A stretch of 43,394 nt of DNA from the NCBI GenBank assembly GCA_002403785.1, contig DHIM01000338.1, positions 25,859 to 69,252 of the forward strand. The letters run 5' to 3'. Made by a program: the position numbers and the translations under genes. This document shows, piece after piece, positions 18,562 through 28,373 of this stretch. Source of the DNA: Clostridium sp. UBA4746. GTDB lineage: Bacteria; Bacillota; Clostridia; Clostridiales; Clostridiaceae. A model generated the notes under the pieces. That model was given only the letters and a program-made list of their open reading frames with translations. It was not told the DNA's origin and made no database searches. Each line of letters starts with the position of its first letter. The first letter of the stretch is position 1.

Positions 18562-19830
18562 ATGTCAATATTAGGAGTTGTTCAATATATTCTTTCACTA
18601 GGACCAACGGTTATGTTGCCTCTATCTATTACAATAATTGGTATGTGTTTTGGTCAAGGTTTTAAAAAAGCATTTAAATCAGGTATCACAATAGGGATTG
18701 GATTTGTTGGAATAAATTTAGTACTAGGATTACTTATAAATAATTTAGGTCCTGCAGCACAAGCAATGGTAGCTAGACTGGGGTTAAGACTAACTGTAAT
18801 AGATGGTGGATGGCCGTCAGCAGCAGCAGGAACTTGGGGATCTCCGGTTGCATCAATGATTATACCACTCGCAATCGCAGTTAATATTATTATGATAATT
18901 ACAAAAACTACTAAAACAATGAACATTGATATTTGGAATTTTTGGCATTTTGGAGCAGCAGCAGCCACAATGTTTATAGTAACAAATGGAAATTGGGGAC
19001 TTGCAATAGCAGCTGCTATAGTTTATGAAATTGTTGTTCTTAAGGTGGCAGATTGGACGGCCCCAATGGTACAAGATTTTTATGGGTTAGAGGGAATAGC
19101 ATTTCCTACTGGTTCTACTGCATCCTTTGCGCCACTCGGAATTTTACTTGCAAAAGGTATTGGTAAAATTCCTATAATTAAAGATCTACATGCTGATGCA
19201 GATAGCATCCAGAAGAGGTTTGGAATTTTTGGGGAACCTATGATGATGGGGGTAGTAATAGGATGCGTTTTAGGAATACTAGCAGGTTATGATATAGGTA
19301 AAATACTTCAAATTGGTATGTCCATGGGTGGTGTTATGGTACTTCTTCCACGTATGGTTAAGATAATAATGGAAGGGTTAATACCAGTTTCAGAATCAGT
19401 TAGAGAATTTCTACAGAAAAAATTTGCTGGTAGAGAACTTCATATAGGACTCGATGCTGCACTTGCAGTTGGACATCCCGCATTACTTTCTACAGCTTTA
19501 ATATTAGTACCAATTACTATTTTACTTGCATTAATTATACCTGGAAATAGAGTTTTACCATTTGGTGACCTTGCAACTATACCTTTCCTTTTAGCATTTG
19601 TCGTTGGGGCAACAAAGGGAAATATAGTACATTCAGTTATAGCTGGTACAATATTAATGGCGTTATCATTATTAATGGCTACAGATTTTGCGCCAGTTTA
19701 TACTGCAATGTTACAACAGGCTCAGTTTGCAATTCCAAAAGGAGTAGCTCAAATGTCAAACCTTGATACAGGTGGTAATTTATTTAACTGGTTAATATTA
19801 AAACTTGGTCAATTAATTGCTGCAATGTAA
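18562..19830 (+). CDS. PTS galactitol-family (GatC-type) IIC component
   Basis: GIGFVGI, TKTMNIDIWNFWH, IGLD, PGNRVLPFGDL motifs. Confidence 0.94.
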   Translation: MSILGVVQYILSLGPTVMLPLSITIIGMCFGQGFKKAFKSGITIGIGFVGINLVLGLLINNLGPAAQAMVARLGLRLTVIDGGWPSAAAGTWGSPVASMIIPLAIAVNIIMIITKTTKTMNIDIWNFWHFGAAAATMFIVTNGNWGLAIAAAIVYEIVVLKVADWTAPMVQDFYGLEGIAFPTGSTASFAPLGILLAKGIGKIPIIKDLHADADSIQKRFGIFGEPMMMGVVIGCVLGILAGYDIGKILQIGMSMGGVMVLLPRMVKIIMEGLIPVSESVREFLQKKFAGRELHIGLDAALAVGHPALLSTALILVPITILLALIIPGNRVLPFGDLATIPFLLAFVVGATKGNIVHSVIAGTILMALSLLMATDFAPVYTAMLQQAQFAIPKGVAQMSNLDTGGNLFNWLILKLGQLIAAM

Positions 19831-19882
19831 TAAACAAATTTTTAAAAACAAAGGTTACATTAAACTTAAATAGTTATATTTT

Positions 19883-19939
19883 AAATAAAGCAGGATTTTA
19901 TGAAAAGAATCATTCATAAAATTTTGCTTTATTTTTTTT
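19883..19939 (+). terminator. Intrinsic terminator after IIC
   Basis: AAATAAAGCAGGATTTTATGAA / TTCATAAAATTTTGCTTTATTT followed by T-run. Confidence 0.85.
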
Positions 19940-20044
19940 CGATCGGAGTATAATACTAAAGAACTTTGAAAAAATTATTTCTAGAAAAATACTTAATAAA
20001 TTTAAAGAGTTATTTGCAAGATAAAACAAATTAAGCCAAAGATT

Positions 20045-20060
20045 TGGCACAATAAATGCT
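20045..20060 (+). promoter_or_regulatory. sigma54 -24/-12 promoter of the IIA-dehydrogenase-PPP genes
   Basis: TGGCACAATAAATGCT, GG-N10-GC. Confidence 0.85.
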
Positions 20061-20093
20061 TTATTATATTAATAAAGACAGGGAGGTTATTTC

Positions 20094-20570
20094 ATGGATG
20101 TTGTAGATTTTGTTAACAATGGTGTTATTTTAACAAACTTGGTTGCTAGTAGCAAAGAAGATGTTTTTAAAGCTCTACATGAAGAACTTTATAAAAACGG
20201 AAATGTAAAAGAGAGCTTTTATGAAGGATTAGTAAAAAGAGAAAACGAGTATCCAACTGGATTAGCATTAAGCAATTATAATGTAGCAATTCCTCATACA
20301 GATTCGGAGCACATAATTAATTCATGTATTGCAGTGGCAACCTTAAAGAGTCCCGTTGTATTTCAATGTATGGAAGACGAGAGTAAATCGGTAGAAGTAA
20401 GTGTAGTGTTTATGTTAGCAATGGGAGATGCACATGGTCATATTGAGATGTTGCAAAAATTAGTATCACTAATACAAAATGATTTGTTTTTAGAAAATGT
20501 AATAAACTCAAAAGATAAAAATGAAATTATTCAATATATAATTCAAAATGAAAAGTTATATATAGCATAA
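20094..20570 (+). CDS. PTS galactitol-family IIA component
   Basis: RENEYPTGL, VAIPH phospho-His motif. Confidence 0.93.
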   Translation: MDVVDFVNNGVILTNLVASSKEDVFKALHEELYKNGNVKESFYEGLVKRENEYPTGLALSNYNVAIPHTDSEHIINSCIAVATLKSPVVFQCMEDESKSVEVSVVFMLAMGDAHGHIEMLQKLVSLIQNDLFLENVINSKDKNEIIQYIIQNEKLYIA

Positions 20571-20616
20571 AATGCAAAATAAAATATAATCTAAATTTAT
20601 TAAGGAGTGATTATTA

Positions 20617-21648
20617 ATGAAAGCATTAGTTAAAAAGGGAAAAGGGTACGACAATATGGAGCTTTTAGAAATAAATGAACCATTTCCGAACGACGAGCAG
20701 GTTAAAATTAAGGTTGCTTATACCGGAATATGTGGTTCAGACATTCATTCTTTTAAAGGTGAGTACAATAATTTAAAAGTTCCTGTAGTACTAGGACATG
20801 AATTCTCAGGTGTTGTTGTTGAGGTTGGTAAAAATGTAAAATCAGTTAAAGTTGGCGATAAAGTTACAAGCGAAACAACTTTTTATGTTTGTGGAGAGTG
20901 TGAATACTGTAAGTCAGGTGATTATAATTTGTGCTCTAGCAGAAAAGGAATAGGCACACAAATAAATGGTAGTTTTTCAGAGTATGTTATAGCACGCAGC
21001 GAAAGTGTTCATATTTTACCTAAAAATGTTGATATGTTATCTGCTTCTTTAACAGAACCATTAGCTTGTTGCACACATGCAGTTTTAGAAAGAACAGATA
21101 TAAAAGAAGGGGACATTGTATTGGTATTTGGTCCAGGACCAATAGGTAATTTTACAGCACAAATTGCAAAAGCAAGAGGTGGTCGTGTGATTTTAGCTGG
21201 AATGAGCAAGGACAAAAAAAGATTAGAACTAGCTAAAACTCTTGGAATTGATTATGTAGTAAATATAGAAGAAGAGAATTTAGAAGAAATAGTTCAAAAA
21301 TTAACAAATAATTATGGTGTTAATATAGTTTTTGAATGTTCAGGTTCGATTCACGCTACCAATTCTGGCCTTAACCTATTAAAAAAGAAAGGTGTACTTG
21401 TGCAAGTAGGAATATTTGCGAAATCACTTAATGAACTTGATCAGGAAAAAATAATCCAAAAGGAAATACAATACATTGGAACTAGAAGTCAAAAACCAAC
21501 TTCTTGGGATTTAGCATTAAGACTTCTAGATACTGGAAAAGTAAATGCAAAAGATATTATTAGCAATATATATAAATTAGAAGACTGGAGAACAGGGTTC
21601 GATAAGGTAATGAATGGAGAAGGGCTAAAAATAGTTATAGAATCTTAG
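20617..21648 (+). CDS. Zn-dependent polyol-phosphate dehydrogenase, D-arabitol-phosphate dehydrogenase-like
   Basis: GICGSD, GHEFSG, CGECEYC...NLC, GPGPIG; segments such as VTSETTFYVCGEC, RKGIGTQ and RSQ resemble (from recall) Enterococcus avium APDH. Confidence 0.8.
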   Translation: MKALVKKGKGYDNMELLEINEPFPNDEQVKIKVAYTGICGSDIHSFKGEYNNLKVPVVLGHEFSGVVVEVGKNVKSVKVGDKVTSETTFYVCGECEYCKSGDYNLCSSRKGIGTQINGSFSEYVIARSESVHILPKNVDMLSASLTEPLACCTHAVLERTDIKEGDIVLVFGPGPIGNFTAQIAKARGGRVILAGMSKDKKRLELAKTLGIDYVVNIEEENLEEIVQKLTNNYGVNIVFECSGSIHATNSGLNLLKKKGVLVQVGIFAKSLNELDQEKIIQKEIQYIGTRSQKPTSWDLALRLLDTGKVNAKDIISNIYKLEDWRTGFDKVMNGEGLKIVIES

Positions 21649-21673
21649 TAGAAACTGATAAGGAGTGATTTTA

Positions 21674-22495
21674 ATGAATACATCTGAATTAAAAAACGTA
21701 GCAAAAAATATTAGAGCAAGCATCATAGAAGAAGTATTTTCAGCAAAATCAGGACATCCTGGTGGATCATTATCAGTAGCTGACATATTAACAGTATTAT
21801 ACTTTGATAAAATGAATATTGATTCAAGCAATCCTAAATGGGAAAATAGAGATAGGTTAGTTTTATCAAAAGGTCACGCAGCACCTGCACTTTATGCAGT
21901 ACTTGCGGAAAAAGGGTATTTTCCAAAAGAAAATTTAAAAACACTTAGGAAACTTGGTTCAATGTTACAGGGTCATCCAGATATGAAAGTTACCCCTGGT
22001 GTTGATATGTCTACAGGTTCACTAGGTCAAGGCTTATCGGCAGCAAATGGTATGGCATTAGCTGCAAAACTTGATAAAAATGATCATAAGATATTCGTAA
22101 TCCTTGGGGATGGTGAAGTACAGGAAGGTCAAGTTTGGGAAGCGGCAATGAGTACGGCACATTATAAGTTAGATAATGTAATAGCTATTTTAGATCACAA
22201 TGGTTTGCAAATAGATGGTAGTAACGATGAGGTTATGGGTATAAATCCTATTGATGAAAAGTTTGCAGCTTTCGGCTGGAAAGTAATAAAAGTAGATGGA
22301 CATGACCTGGAAGCTATTGGGAAAGCAATTGAGGAGGCGAAGTTAGCACAAGATAAGCCAACAATAATAATTGCAGAAACAGTAAAGGGAAAAGGCGTAT
22401 CCTTCATGGAAAACCAAGCAGGGTGGCATGGCAAGGCTCCAAATGAGGAACAAATGAGAATAGCTTTAGAAGATATAAAAAGGGGGGAGGCATAA
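21674..22495 (+). CDS. Transketolase, N-terminal subunit
   Basis: SGHPGGSLS, LSKGHA, STGSLGQG, GDGE TPP motif; SD favours ATG 21674. Confidence 0.95.
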   Translation: MNTSELKNVAKNIRASIIEEVFSAKSGHPGGSLSVADILTVLYFDKMNIDSSNPKWENRDRLVLSKGHAAPALYAVLAEKGYFPKENLKTLRKLGSMLQGHPDMKVTPGVDMSTGSLGQGLSAANGMALAAKLDKNDHKIFVILGDGEVQEGQVWEAAMSTAHYKLDNVIAILDHNGLQIDGSNDEVMGINPIDEKFAAFGWKVIKVDGHDLEAIGKAIEEAKLAQDKPTIIIAETVKGKGVSFMENQAGWHGKAPNEEQMRIALEDIKRGEA

Positions 22496-23412
22496 TGAAT
22501 AAAGCAACTAGAGAAGCATACGGCGAAGCTTTAGTAGAATTAAGTAAAAATGATAAAATAGTAGTACTTGATGCAGATTTAGCAAATGCTACAAAGACTG
22601 TAAGCTTTAAGAAAGCTTGTCCAGAAAGATTCTTTGATATGGGTATATCAGAGCAGGATATGATGGGAACAGCAGCAGGATTTGCAGTTGCTGGTAAAAT
22701 ACCATTTGCTAGTACTTTTGCAATGTTTGCAACAGGAAGAGCATACGAGCAAGTCAGAAATTCAATAGCATATCCAAACTTGAATGTAAAGATAGCTGCA
22801 ACACATGCAGGTATAACAGTTGGAGAGGATGGAGGAACACATCAAACCGTTGAGGATATATCTTTAATGAGAAGTATCCCAAACATGGTGGTATTAAGTC
22901 CATCAGACGATGTAGAGGCAAAAGCTGCTATATTTGCTGCAGCAGAGTATTATGGACCTGTATATATAAGGCTTGGTAGATTAGCCACGCCAACAATTCA
23001 CGATGAAAATTATAAATTTAAATTAGGAAATGGTGAAGTTTTAAGAGAAGGAACTGACGTTGCAATTATTGCCACTGGTTTAATGGTAGCTAAAGCTCTT
23101 GACGCAGCAGATAAATTAAAAGAAGAGGGCATAAAAGCAACGGTTGTTAACATTCATACTATAAAGCCACTTGATAAAGAACTTATAATTAAGGTAGCCA
23201 AAGAAACAGGAAAAGTAGTAACGGTAGAAGAACACAGTGTTATTGGTGGATTAGGTTCTGCAGTTTGTGAGGTTCTATCCCAGAAACTTCCTACAAAGGT
23301 TAAATTAATAGGAATTAATGATGTTTTTGGACAATCGGGGACGGCTAATGAACTTTTAGTACATTACAATTTAACAGTAGAAAATATAGTGAAAAAAGCT
23401 AAATCATTTTAA
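22495..23412 (+). CDS. Transketolase, C-terminal subunit
   Basis: [23 protein letters not shown]; stop/start overlap with the N-terminal subunit. Confidence 0.95.
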   Translation: MNKATREAYGEALVELSKNDKIVVLDADLANATKTVSFKKACPERFFDMGISEQDMMGTAAGFAVAGKIPFASTFAMFATGRAYEQVRNSIAYPNLNVKIAATHAGITVGEDGGTHQTVEDISLMRSIPNMVVLSPSDDVEAKAAIFAAAEYYGPVYIRLGRLATPTIHDENYKFKLGNGEVLREGTDVAIIATGLMVAKALDAADKLKEEGIKATVVNIHTIKPLDKELIIKVAKETGKVVTVEEHSVIGGLGSAVCEVLSQKLPTKVKLIGINDVFGQSGTANELLVHYNLTVENIVKKAKSF

Positions 23413-23441
23413 TATTAAATAGACGAATGGAGGATATAAAA

Positions 23442-24092
23442 ATGAAATTTTTTATAGATACAGCAAATATAAGTGATATTAAAGAGGCAAATGAATTGGG
23501 TGTTATAGCAGGAGTTACAACAAATCCATCATTAATAGCAAAAGAAGGTAGAGACTTTATAGAAGTCATAAAGGAAATTACAAGCATTGTTGACGGACCT
23601 ATAAGTGCAGAGGTTATAAGTCTTGAACATAAGGGTATGATCGAAGAAGCAAGGAAGTTAGCTAAAATTCATAAAAATATTATAGTGAAAATACCAATGA
23701 CGGCTGAGGGATTAAAATCAGTAAAAGTATTATCTCAGGAAGGAATTAAAACAAATGTAACCTTAATATTCTCATCTACACAAGCGTTACTAGCAGCAAG
23801 GGCCGGTGCAAGTTATGTTAGTCCATTTGTTGGAAGATTAGATGATATCGGTAGCAATGGGATGAACTTGATAGAAGAAATAGTACAAATATTTAAGAAT
23901 TATGCAATAAAAGCAGAAATAATAGTAGCTAGTGTAAGAAATCCAATTCATGTTATAGAGGCTGCAAAATTAGGTGCTGATATCGCAACTGTACCACTTA
24001 AAGTAATACTTCAGATGATAAAACATCCATTAACGGATAAGGGAATTGAAACTTTTATGAGTGATTGGGAAAAATCAAAAATAAAATTATAA
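23442..24092 (+). CDS. tal: Transaldolase / fructose-6-phosphate aldolase family
   Basis: [19 protein letters not shown] Schiff-base Lys, [16 protein letters not shown] favours ATG 23442. Confidence 0.9.
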   Translation: MKFFIDTANISDIKEANELGVIAGVTTNPSLIAKEGRDFIEVIKEITSIVDGPISAEVISLEHKGMIEEARKLAKIHKNIIVKIPMTAEGLKSVKVLSQEGIKTNVTLIFSSTQALLAARAGASYVSPFVGRLDDIGSNGMNLIEEIVQIFKNYAIKAEIIVASVRNPIHVIEAAKLGADIATVPLKVILQMIKHPLTDKGIETFMSDWEKSKIKL

Positions 24093-24135
24093 TTATAAAA
24101 ATTAATAGACTAGATAATGTAACTTAGGAGTGATA

Positions 24136-24585
24136 ATGATGATTGCTATAGGTTGTGACCATGGTGGATATAAACTAAAGGAAACTATAATTAAATACTT
24201 AGAAAACAAACATATAGCTTATAAGGATTTTGGAACATATTCAGAGGAAAGAGTAGATTATCCTAAGTATGCTACAGCGGTTGCCGAAAGTGTAAAAGCT
24301 AAAGAATGCGAAAACGGTATACTTTGTTGTGGTACTGGTGTTGGTATGTCCATTGCTGCAAATAAAGTTCCTTGGATACGAGCTGCAGTTGTAGGTGATT
24401 GTTTTACAGCTAAAGCTACAAAAGAACATAATAATGCAAATATTATTTGTATAGGTGAAAGAGTTACTGGTGAGGGACTTGCTCTGATGATTGTGGAGAC
24501 ATGGCTCAATGCAGATTTCATTAATGGAAGGCATAAATTAAGGCTTAAGCAACTAGAAGATATTGAAATTAAATATAATAAATAG
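24136..24585 (+). CDS. rpiB: Ribose-5-phosphate isomerase B
   Basis: IGCDHGG, DYP, CGTGVG, HNNAN, GRH motifs. Confidence 0.93.
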   Translation: MMIAIGCDHGGYKLKETIIKYLENKHIAYKDFGTYSEERVDYPKYATAVAESVKAKECENGILCCGTGVGMSIAANKVPWIRAAVVGDCFTAKATKEHNNANIICIGERVTGEGLALMIVETWLNADFINGRHKLRLKQLEDIEIKYNK

Positions 24586-24643
24586 AATATATTAATCTAG
24601 AAAATTTGATAGGTATCTTTTGTTATTGTTTGATATTACAATG

Positions 24644-24702
24644 AATAGTTACGAAGACTTTGACCATTATAGACGTGGTTAAACTCTTCGTAACTATTTT
24701 TT
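24644..24702 (+). terminator. Intrinsic terminator after rpiB
   Basis: AATAGTTACGAAGA / TCTTCGTAACTATT with inner stem and T-tail. Confidence 0.85.
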
Positions 24703-25068
24703 ATATTCCTCAATTTTCATACACTATTTAGTATAGAGATTCTTAAAAAAAGTGACTCCGCGTAATAATTGAATGCAAATTACTTATAAAATAAGACTTA
24801 ATGATCTCAATACAATAAAAGATTAAAAAAAGTAGAAAAAAGCATACAGAAATTGTATAATGAAAATATAGATTTAGCATAGTAAACTAGAAAAATGTAA
24901 ATGTTTTCTGAATTGCATTTTTACAATACTATTTGAACTTTTATTATTAAGGTTGTGAAGTAAAATTAAAATTTTAAATTGATCAAATAAGAATTTAAAA
25001 GTTCCAAATAGTTTATAAAACATAAAACTTTAAGAAAAAATAATAAAGTAGTGGAAGTGTGAGGTAAT

Positions 25069-26988
25069 ATGGAAAAATATATTGAGGACTCTCATAAAAG
25101 GTGTAGATCAACAGGAATATTATCTAAAAATTTGGTTAGTACCAAGATTTTAAGTAGCGTTGAAATTAAGGAAATGCTTGAGAAAAACAAAGAGCTTATT
25201 TTAACGGCTACTCCATTTATAAATCGTTTATATAATTTTGTAAGGGGATCAGATTTTTTTGCAATATTATGTGATAGTAATGGGGGTATCCTAAACGTAA
25301 TAGGAGATGAAAGTATATTAGCTGAGGCGGCAAAGATCAAAATGATAACAGGAGCATACATGGATGAAGTACATATTGGAACTAATGCTATAAGCCTTGT
25401 TATTTCCGAAAAAGTACCAATTCAGATTTCAGGAAAAGAGCATTTTATTAAAGAATATGGTAAATGGACATGTTCTGCAGCGCCGATTAAAGCTTTGGAT
25501 GGAAAGGTTATCGGAATAATTAACTTAACTGGATATATAGAAAATGTTCATCCACATACTCTGGGAATGGTAGTTGCCGCAGGAGATGCAATAGAAAGAA
25601 TGCTTGAAATTAATAAATATAATTCAATGCTTGAGATATCAAAAAAACGGTTAGAGACTACCTTTAATTCAATTTCTTCCGGGATTTTGACTTGTGATTT
25701 AACAGGAAATATTACAACAATGAATAGACAAGTAGTTAGGATGTTTGGTTACAGTGAAAATGAAATGAGAAAAATTAATATTCATGATTTGATTCAAGAC
25801 TGGAATGACATAGTAGAACACCTTAAGGTTAAGGGGACATTTATTGATGAAGACACCTATGTAAATGCAAAGGTAAATAAATTACAATATACTTTGACGT
25901 TGTATCCGATATATGACGTAGAAATGGAGATTGAGGAAATAACTCTTGTATTCCATGAGCTAAAAAAGGGTAGAAAGCTTGCAGGGAAAATATTGAGTGG
26001 TCAGGCTGTGTACACTTTTGACAAAGTAGTAGGAAATAATGAAAAATTTATGAAACTAATTGACTATGCAAAAAAGATAGCAGAAAGTAAATCTACAGTA
26101 TTGATAACAGGAGAAAGTGGTACTGGTAAGGAAGTTTTTGCTCAGGCCATTCATAATTATGGTATTCGCAGGGATGAACCTTTTATAGCAGTAAATTGTG
26201 GCGCGATTCCAAGGACACTTGTAGAATCAGAACTATTTGGTTATGAGGATGGAGCATTTACTGGTGCAAAAAAAGGTGGCAACGCTGGAAAATTTGAAAT
26301 TGCAAATGGAGGAACGATTTTTCTAGATGAAATAGGAGAAATGCCTACAGATATGCAGATTAAATTATTAAGAGTAATTGAGGAGAGCACAATTACTCGG
26401 ATTGGAAGTTCAAAACAAATACCTATTGATGTAAGGATTATGGCAGCTACAAATAAGGACCTAAAACATGAAATTGAGAGAGAAAACTTTAGAAAGGATC
26501 TTTTTTATAGATTGAATGTGTTGCCCCTGTGTTTGCCACCACTTAGAGAACGAAGAGATGATATACCTGAATTAGTGAATTACTACATGATAAAAACCTC
26601 GAAAATGCTTAATAAAAAAATTGTGGATATTCCAGAGGTATATATGAAATATCTTATGGAGTACGATTGGCCAGGAAACGTAAGGGAATTAGAAAATGTA
26701 ATTGAGCGCATTGTAAATTCTGAAGCAATTCAATTTGATATTAGTAATAAGGTAGCTGAAGTTCAAAAAAATACTTTTAATTTGAATACAAATATTAGCC
26801 TGGAAATGATGGAAAAACAGCACATAATTAAAATTATAAAAGATGTTAAAGGAAATATGACATTAGCGGCAAATATTCTGGAAATTGGAAGGAATACCTT
26901 ATATAGAAAAGTAGAAAAATATAATATTGACTGTTCCAAAATTGAACATAGTTCCAAAATGGAACAGATATCATCAACTAAAGTGTAG
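25069..26988 (+). CDS. sigma54-dependent activator, AcoR-like (GAF-PAS-AAA+-Fis HTH)
   Basis: GTNAI/WTCSAAPI GAF motifs, GESGTGKE, GAFTGA, FLDEIGE, WPGNVREL, IGRNTLYRK. Confidence 0.95.
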   Translation: MEKYIEDSHKRCRSTGILSKNLVSTKILSSVEIKEMLEKNKELILTATPFINRLYNFVRGSDFFAILCDSNGGILNVIGDESILAEAAKIKMITGAYMDEVHIGTNAISLVISEKVPIQISGKEHFIKEYGKWTCSAAPIKALDGKVIGIINLTGYIENVHPHTLGMVVAAGDAIERMLEINKYNSMLEISKKRLETTFNSISSGILTCDLTGNITTMNRQVVRMFGYSENEMRKINIHDLIQDWNDIVEHLKVKGTFIDEDTYVNAKVNKLQYTLTLYPIYDVEMEIEEITLVFHELKKGRKLAGKILSGQAVYTFDKVVGNNEKFMKLIDYAKKIAESKSTVLITGESGTGKEVFAQAIHNYGIRRDEPFIAVNCGAIPRTLVESELFGYEDGAFTGAKKGGNAGKFEIANGGTIFLDEIGEMPTDMQIKLLRVIEESTITRIGSSKQIPIDVRIMAATNKDLKHEIERENFRKDLFYRLNVLPLCLPPLRERRDDIPELVNYYMIKTSKMLNKKIVDIPEVYMKYLMEYDWPGNVRELENVIERIVNSEAIQFDISNKVAEVQKNTFNLNTNISLEMMEKQHIIKIIKDVKGNMTLAANILEIGRNTLYRKVEKYNIDCSKIEHSSKMEQISSTKV

Positions 26989-27000
26989 AGAAATTGAACG
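26932..27000. promoter_or_regulatory. Putative upstream activating sequences for the mop operon
   Basis: TGTTCCAAAATTGAACA (26932-26948), AGTTCCAAAATGGAACA (26950-26966), weaker TGTAGAGAAATTGAACG (26984-27000); about 95-160 bp upstream of the -24 box. Confidence 0.7.
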
Positions 27001-27092
27001 ATTAATATATTATAATTAGAAATATTTTCAAAATAGGATAACAACATGTTGTAAATCAAGGTTCCTTTAAAAAAGCTTTCATATATTTATAT

Positions 27093-27108
27093 TGGCATAA
27101 AATATGCT
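27093..27108 (+). promoter_or_regulatory. sigma54 -24/-12 promoter of the mop operon
   Basis: TGGCATAAAATATGCT, GG-N10-GC, directly downstream of a sigma54 activator gene. Confidence 0.85.
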
Positions 27109-27284
27109 ACTAAATTGTATTGTATAAGAAAATAGATATAAGGAAATAAATATAAGGGGGTTTTTTATTTTATTATTAAAATATAGTTTTAAAAGCTAAT
27201 TTATAGGTAATAGATTAGCTAGGAAATGACAAAAAGTAAATAATAGTGCTACTGATAAAATTGTTAGGGATGGGAGGAATTAAA

Positions 27285-28307
27285 ATGAAGGTTGTTCCAG
27301 TTGAAGAAGCATTAGGCATGGTATTATGCCATGACTTAACAAGGATAGTTCCTGGAGAATTTCATGGAGTGGCATTCAAAAAAGGACATGTAATATTAGA
27401 AGAAGATATACCAAAAATGTTGGACATTGGGAAAAAAAACATTTATGTATGGGAAATGCAGGAAGGGATACTTCATGAAAATGAAGCTGGTGAAAGAATG
27501 GCAAAAGTAGCGGCAGGGAAGGGAATTGTTTTCACCGAACCCTCCGAAGGTAAAGTTAATTTGTTAGCTGAATATAAAGGCTTACTTAAAATAAATTTTA
27601 AAGCGTTAGAGAAAATTAATATGATAGATGAGGCAATGGTTGCTACGCTACATACTGATATTGTTGTGGATAAAGGGAGTGTTGTTGCAGCTACAAGAAT
27701 AATACCTCTTTTTATTGACAAATTAAAGATTGAACAAATCGATAATATTTGTAAGGAAGAAGGACCCATTATTTGGGTAGCCCCATTAAAAGCTATGAAG
27801 GTGGGTATTGTTACCACTGGCAGTGAAGTTTATGGTGGTAGAATAGAAGATAAATTTGGACCTGTCATTAGAAATAAAATTGATGAAATAGGAAGTCAAG
27901 TAATAAAGCAAATAATTGTAACCGACAGTGAGGATATGATTGTAGATGCTATAAATGAATTACTTTCAATGGGAGCTGAAATGATTATTGTTACTGGGGG
28001 TATGTCAGTAGATCCTGATGATGTTACACCTGCAGGAATAAGGAAAACGGGAGCAAAGATTATATGCTATGGAGCACCTGTACTTCCGGGGGCTATGTTT
28101 TTAATAGCATACATGGGCGATATACCAATTCTTGGACTTCCTGGATGTGTCATGTATAATAAAAGGACTATATTTGATCTTATACTACCTAAAATTGTAG
28201 CTGGTGAAAGTATAAAAAGAGAAGATATCACAAAGCTCGGTCATGGGGGTTTATGCGTTAATTGTGAAGTATGTAATTTTCCATCTTGTAGTTTTGGCAA
28301 ATGGTAA
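27285..28307 (+). CDS. Molybdopterin-binding (MoeA/MogA-fold) protein with C-terminal Cys cluster
   Basis: TTGSEV, TGGMSVDPDDVTP, PVLPG, GLPGC; C-terminal CVNCEVCNFPSC; SD GGGAGG favours ATG 27285. Confidence 0.85.
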   Translation: MKVVPVEEALGMVLCHDLTRIVPGEFHGVAFKKGHVILEEDIPKMLDIGKKNIYVWEMQEGILHENEAGERMAKVAAGKGIVFTEPSEGKVNLLAEYKGLLKINFKALEKINMIDEAMVATLHTDIVVDKGSVVAATRIIPLFIDKLKIEQIDNICKEEGPIIWVAPLKAMKVGIVTTGSEVYGGRIEDKFGPVIRNKIDEIGSQVIKQIIVTDSEDMIVDAINELLSMGAEMIIVTGGMSVDPDDVTPAGIRKTGAKIICYGAPVLPGAMFLIAYMGDIPILGLPGCVMYNKRTIFDLILPKIVAGESIKREDITKLGHGGLCVNCEVCNFPSCSFGKW

Positions 28308-28373
28308 TAAATTGGTTGAGCCTTTTTGAGTTAAGGCTGTACCGTTTAAATAAATAGGAAAAGGGGAGTTAAA

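Noticed and set aside
21674..23412. Split transketolase as a pseudogene
   Set aside because: Two-subunit transketolases are common in clostridia; both parts have an SD and intact motifs
24953..24970. Rex-like half-site TTGTGAA upstream of the AcoR-like activator
   Set aside because: The second half does not match TTCACAA/TTAACAA
27110..27284. Moco riboswitch in the mop operon leader
   Set aside because: Very AT-rich, with no recognisable multi-stem structure
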